This document shows, piece after piece, positions 6,913 to 10,378 of a DNA stretch of 10,378 nucleotides. The stretch comes from Myxococcota bacterium (GTDB taxonomy: Bacteria > Myxococcota > SpSt-1050), in assembly GCA_049969675.1 (NCBI GenBank), contig JBMFOP010000102.1, forward strand, positions 1 through 10,378, in the 5' to 3' direction. Within the stretch, counting starts at the first letter, position 1, and each line of letters begins with the position of its first letter. The notes under the pieces are model-generated. The model was not told where the DNA came from and made no database searches. It saw only the letters and a program-made list of their open reading frames with translations. The position numbers and the translations under genes were made by a program.

Positions 6913-8080
6913 AATAATCTTCTTGATTCTTCTTTTATCCATTCAGGATTGTTCTAAAAGGGATAAAAGGGTAGATGAAGGTATAGGCTCAATTCTCCAT
7001 ATAGAAAGTTTTGTATTTTATAAAAAATTCAGCTCACTTGTATGGGAAGAGGCAAGAGAGGGGCTACCACTTTTTAAAGGGGATTATATCAGGACCGGGG
7101 ATAAGTCGTCAGCAACATTAATAATTGGCGGCGAAAAGATAATTGTAAATGCGAATACATTGATTAAGATTGATAAGAAGATTGATGATGGCAGCAGAGA
7201 TATCTCTGTGGAGCTCGTGATATTAAATGGTGATGTGTCGGTAGAATCTTCATCCCCTCCGCCAAAGGCATTTTCTGTTAAGAGACTTGAAAATGGAAAG
7301 TTGGTCTTGGAGGATATTTCAAGAATGCTTACGAAGAGAGAGATCGCGGTTAAATCTTTAGAAGATACCGAAGAGATAGGGAGAGAGATTGAACTCATTT
7401 ATCCGTGCAACAATGAAGTAATAGGTATGAATAATCCAGTTTTCAAATGGGGTGAAAGGGTAAATGGGACGATAAGAATTCAAAGTGATAATGGGAGAGA
7501 TACAGAGGTCGTTGTTGATAATGAAAAAGATAGAAGTATTGAGCTCCCTTATGGTAATTACAGTTGGGCGATTTATCAGGAGAATAAGAGAATCTCCAAT
7601 AGATGCTCTTTTAGCATAAAGGGTGAGACTGAATCACTAAAATCCATTAAGGTCGTTTCAAGGAGAAATAGGCAACATTCTGTGAATCTATCAGAGAAGG
7701 ATGAAGAGCCAGTAATAATAAAGAAGAAATCCGCAGGGGAAAGAGAGGATATAGTAAAGAAGAGACTTGGGCAGATTCAGACCATTATTGATAAGAGTAT
7801 AGAACATATCAAAGATACAAAGAGGAGCATAGACCCGGAGAAGATACAGAATTATGCAGAGTTGTATGGCAAACTTGATGAATTGACAATGTTATTAAAG
7901 GACCTGAAAGTAATTCAGGAGTCTCTACTGATTGAGGTTATAAAGATGGATAATCCTTCAATTATCGTAAATTATCTAAACGAACTTGAGGATATAGAGA
8001 GGAATTTAAGTGGCATAGACAGAGAGATAAAGGACATTGAAGAGATAATTTATAAAGCTGATGTGAAGGCTAAAAAGTGA
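6893..8080 (+). CDS. Exported FecR-domain protein with Ig/FN3-like middle and C-terminal helical/coiled-coil region
   Basis: FecR-like motif WEEAREGLPLFKGDYIRTGDKSSATL...IVNANTLIKI; ELIYP...PVFKW...LPYGNYSWAI is a beta-sandwich-like segment. The likely start is TTG 6893 (AGGG upstream), giving the signal-like MLKRLSKIIFLILLLSIQDC. The 6752 start would overlap the upstream gene by 161 bp. Confidence 0.75.
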   Translation: MLKRLSKIIFLILLLSIQDCSKRDKRVDEGIGSILHIESFVFYKKFSSLVWEEAREGLPLFKGDYIRTGDKSSATLIIGGEKIIVNANTLIKIDKKIDDGSRDISVELVILNGDVSVESSSPPPKAFSVKRLENGKLVLEDISRMLTKREIAVKSLEDTEEIGREIELIYPCNNEVIGMNNPVFKWGERVNGTIRIQSDNGRDTEVVVDNEKDRSIELPYGNYSWAIYQENKRISNRCSFSIKGETESLKSIKVVSRRNRQHSVNLSEKDEEPVIIKKKSAGEREDIVKKRLGQIQTIIDKSIEHIKDTKRSIDPEKIQNYAELYGKLDELTMLLKDLKVIQESLLIEVIKMDNPSIIVNYLNELEDIERNLSGIDREIKDIEEIIYKADVKAKK

Positions 8081-9720
8081 GTTTCAAGTTAAAGATATTT
8101 ATATTTCTATTCTTTATCGTAAGTATATCAATGCTGGTAAGCTATCTATATGGCATTCGGGTGGTAGAGGAGGATAGAAGGAATTTTATAAATGAATATA
8201 TTGAACATAAGGCAGTTAATACCGGAATTTTAATTTCAGAGACAGTCAATCAGTTGAGTCTTCTCTCAAATTCATTATGTCTTACCAATGCCGAAGGGAA
8301 ATCAGAGCGAGTTGAGATTGAAGGTCTTATCAAAAAGTTCATATCTGAAAATAGATATGTTCTCAAATTCTATTTTAAGAAAGGGAATTTTATAGTTAAG
8401 TATAATTTTGATGAGAATCTTGCAGACCCCGGTGAAGTCACTGAATTTCATATTTTTGATGGAGATGGAATCTATAAGGCCTCAAGCAATGGCTGCCAAT
8501 TTTTTGTAAATATAGATTTGAGAAAGATGGCAGAGGACTTTCTTGAAGGGAATAAGGAGCATATATTGGCTATCTTTGTGAAAGATACCTATTACCTCTC
8601 AAGAGATATTGATGGTGGGATTGCAGAGTATAGAGATGCTGCATTGAGAAATTCTGATAAGGCTTTATCTGGTGTATTCAGCCACAAGGACTTTGTCTGT
8701 GGTTATAAGTTTGTGAAAAATGGAGATATCCTCGTTTTATACCTGATTAACAGGAACATATTTGAGAGTGCAATTGTCTCTTTGAGATATAGAATACTTA
8801 TCGCTGGATTTTTGACACTTCTATTCTTCCTTATAATTGGTTTTTTTATTGCCGGCAGGATTACACGCCCTATGGTCCTCTTAAAGGAGAAGGCTCAATT
8901 GATAAAGACTGGTATATTTGAAAAGATAGGTATTGCCCCGACTGATGATGAGATTGGAGAGGCGGTTGGTGCCTTTAACAGAATGATAGATGATTTAAGA
9001 GAGAAAGAGGAGAATCTCAAAGAATCACAGATGAAGCTCGTACAGGCGGAGAAGATGTCTGCCTTTGGACAGCTCTCAGCCGGTATCGCCCACGAAGTAA
9101 AGAATCCTCTCACATCTGTTATGGGATATATTCAGCTTGCAAGGAGGATTGTGAAGGATGAGAAGATAGCAGAGTATTTGGGAATAGCAGAGAATGAGAC
9201 AATAAGATGCAAGCAGATTGTTGAGGACCTCTTAAAATTTGCCAGAATGGATAGACATCAGAAGACAACAATTGATTTGAGTGAAGTAGTAAGGAATACT
9301 ATCAAATTGATAAATCATCAACTAATGATGAAGAGAATTAAACTCAATTATGAGGATAATAATACTCCTTTATTTACTTATGGTAATGCCAATCAACTTC
9401 AACAGGTCTTTTTGAATATCCTGCTCAATGCAATGCAATCTATAGAACGCAAGGGGATTAATGATGGCTTCATCTCTGTCAATTGTGGAAGAGAGGATAA
9501 TAAAATGTTTGTCTCAATAAAAGACAACGGCGAGGGAATTTCAAAAGAGAATATCCAGAAGATATTTGAGCCATTCTTTACTACCAAGGCTGATTCTGGT
9601 GGGACCGGTCTGGGGCTCTCCATCTCTTATGGAATTATCAAGGAACATAATGGGGAGATAAAGGTCAATTCCGTATTGGGAGAAGGTACCGAATTCAAAA
9701 TATTGTTGAATGCTGAATAA
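8077..9720 (+). CDS. Membrane sensor histidine kinase (TM - extracytoplasmic sensor - TM - HAMP - HisKA - HATPase_c), NtrB-like core
   Basis: Two TM segments; HAMP ITRPMVLL...DEIGEAVGAFNRM; H-box AHEVKNPL; N-box NILLNAMQS; G1 DNGEGI; F-box IFEPFFTTK; G2 GTGLGLSI. The GTGA start/stop overlaps the upstream gene. Confidence 0.95.
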   Translation: MSFKLKIFIFLFFIVSISMLVSYLYGIRVVEEDRRNFINEYIEHKAVNTGILISETVNQLSLLSNSLCLTNAEGKSERVEIEGLIKKFISENRYVLKFYFKKGNFIVKYNFDENLADPGEVTEFHIFDGDGIYKASSNGCQFFVNIDLRKMAEDFLEGNKEHILAIFVKDTYYLSRDIDGGIAEYRDAALRNSDKALSGVFSHKDFVCGYKFVKNGDILVLYLINRNIFESAIVSLRYRILIAGFLTLLFFLIIGFFIAGRITRPMVLLKEKAQLIKTGIFEKIGIAPTDDEIGEAVGAFNRMIDDLREKEENLKESQMKLVQAEKMSAFGQLSAGIAHEVKNPLTSVMGYIQLARRIVKDEKIAEYLGIAENETIRCKQIVEDLLKFARMDRHQKTTIDLSEVVRNTIKLINHQLMMKRIKLNYEDNNTPLFTYGNANQLQQVFLNILLNAMQSIERKGINDGFISVNCGREDNKMFVSIKDNGEGISKENIQKIFEPFFTTKADSGGTGLGLSISYGIIKEHNGEIKVNSVLGEGTEFKILLNAE

Positions 9721-9896
9721 AAAATTGGGCTTTATATGGGTGAAAAATCGCTGTCCTGCGACGAATTAATTTTAAATGATAAAGTTTGTAATATTGACAA
9801 ATCCGGGATTTTTATTCTGATCAAAAAAATTATGTGAGCTATAGCGAACCTTATATATTGTGGTTAGGTAATACGACGGGCTTACTTTATTCAATA

Positions 9897-10376
9897 TCAT
9901 CTCAACCTCTTTAATACTGCTTTTTGAATTATATGGAAACGGTCTTTTACTCCAAAATCACCATACAAACTTTCAGTTAAAGAGCCTTCTGGATAATTTG
10001 TTTTCTTCTGAATTGCCATTAGTTCGGTTACAACAAGTAAAAATTCTACTGTGAATTCTCCGACTCTGTCTAATTCCCTGAATGGTTATATATGCTCTGG
10101 TTTGAAAAACTGGAGATTGGGTAGGAACGAATTTACTGGCTTAATTGACTTTAGCATCGTTAAGATGTGGTCTTTTAACTTCAAGGTTAATGATGGATTA
10201 TGTGCATATTTCACATACATCTCAACAATCAAGTGGACATGGGCGGGGGTGCGTTCTCGTTTGTTTGGTTCTCGGAATTTCACAATGAAGTCGTATGGGG
10301 ATTCAGGTTTTCTACCAGGATAAACTCCAATTTGGACATTTGTTTTGGTTGTATAAACCAAATCATCCTCTTGTAA
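9897..10376 (-). pseudogene. Hypothetical protein gene interrupted by one in-frame TAA (10088-10086); 5' end possibly outside the window
   Basis: After ...FKPEHI* the same frame continues for 62 sense codons (PFRELDRVGEFTVEFLLVVTELMAIQKKTNYPEGSLTESLYGDFGVKDRFHIIQKAVLKRLR) to TGA at 9899-9897. The frame is also open from TTG 10361 to the window edge. Confidence 0.65.
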
Positions 10377-10378
10377 TC

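Noticed and set aside
2319..9623. Numerous short minus-strand and alternate-frame ORFs inside the radical SAM, lipoprotein, GGDEF, FecR and kinase genes
   Set aside because: Entirely or almost entirely overlap well-supported CDSs and show no domains or RBS.
10051..10323. 90-aa + strand ORF
   Set aside because: Antisense to the better-supported minus-strand frame; no motifs.
1..10378. CRISPR array, tRNA/rRNA, or a CBASS-type defence interpretation of the nucleotide cyclases
   Set aside because: No regularly spaced repeats or RNA gene signatures were seen. The cyclases are DAC and GGDEF folds, not CD-NTases, and no effector genes are visible.

Overview
AT-rich bacterial window whose gene content (PEGA repeats, a Cys-rich myxobacterial-type lipoprotein, a Hypr-type GGDEF) suggests Myxococcota/deltaproteobacterial origin (inference). 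From left to right: the 3' end of a PEGA-repeat protein; a 418-bp non-autonomous IS-like element (19-bp terminal inverted repeats, TTAA on both flanks, probable IS1380-family deletion derivative); a DacZ-type diadenylate cyclase head-to-head with a radical SAM gene; a tightly coupled four-gene run (862-aa Cys-rich putative lipoprotein, REC-GGDEF, FecR-domain protein, HAMP sensor histidine kinase); and a stop-interrupted hypothetical gene at the right edge. The most notable signal is that the GGDEF enzyme carries the Asp->Ser substitution (GHLAGS instead of GHxxGD) characteristic of Hypr GGDEF 3',3'-cGAMP synthases. This makes the run a candidate envelope-sensing cGAMP signalling module located about 3.7 kb from a c-di-AMP cyclase. 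All calls are by-eye motif recognition; no searches were run.
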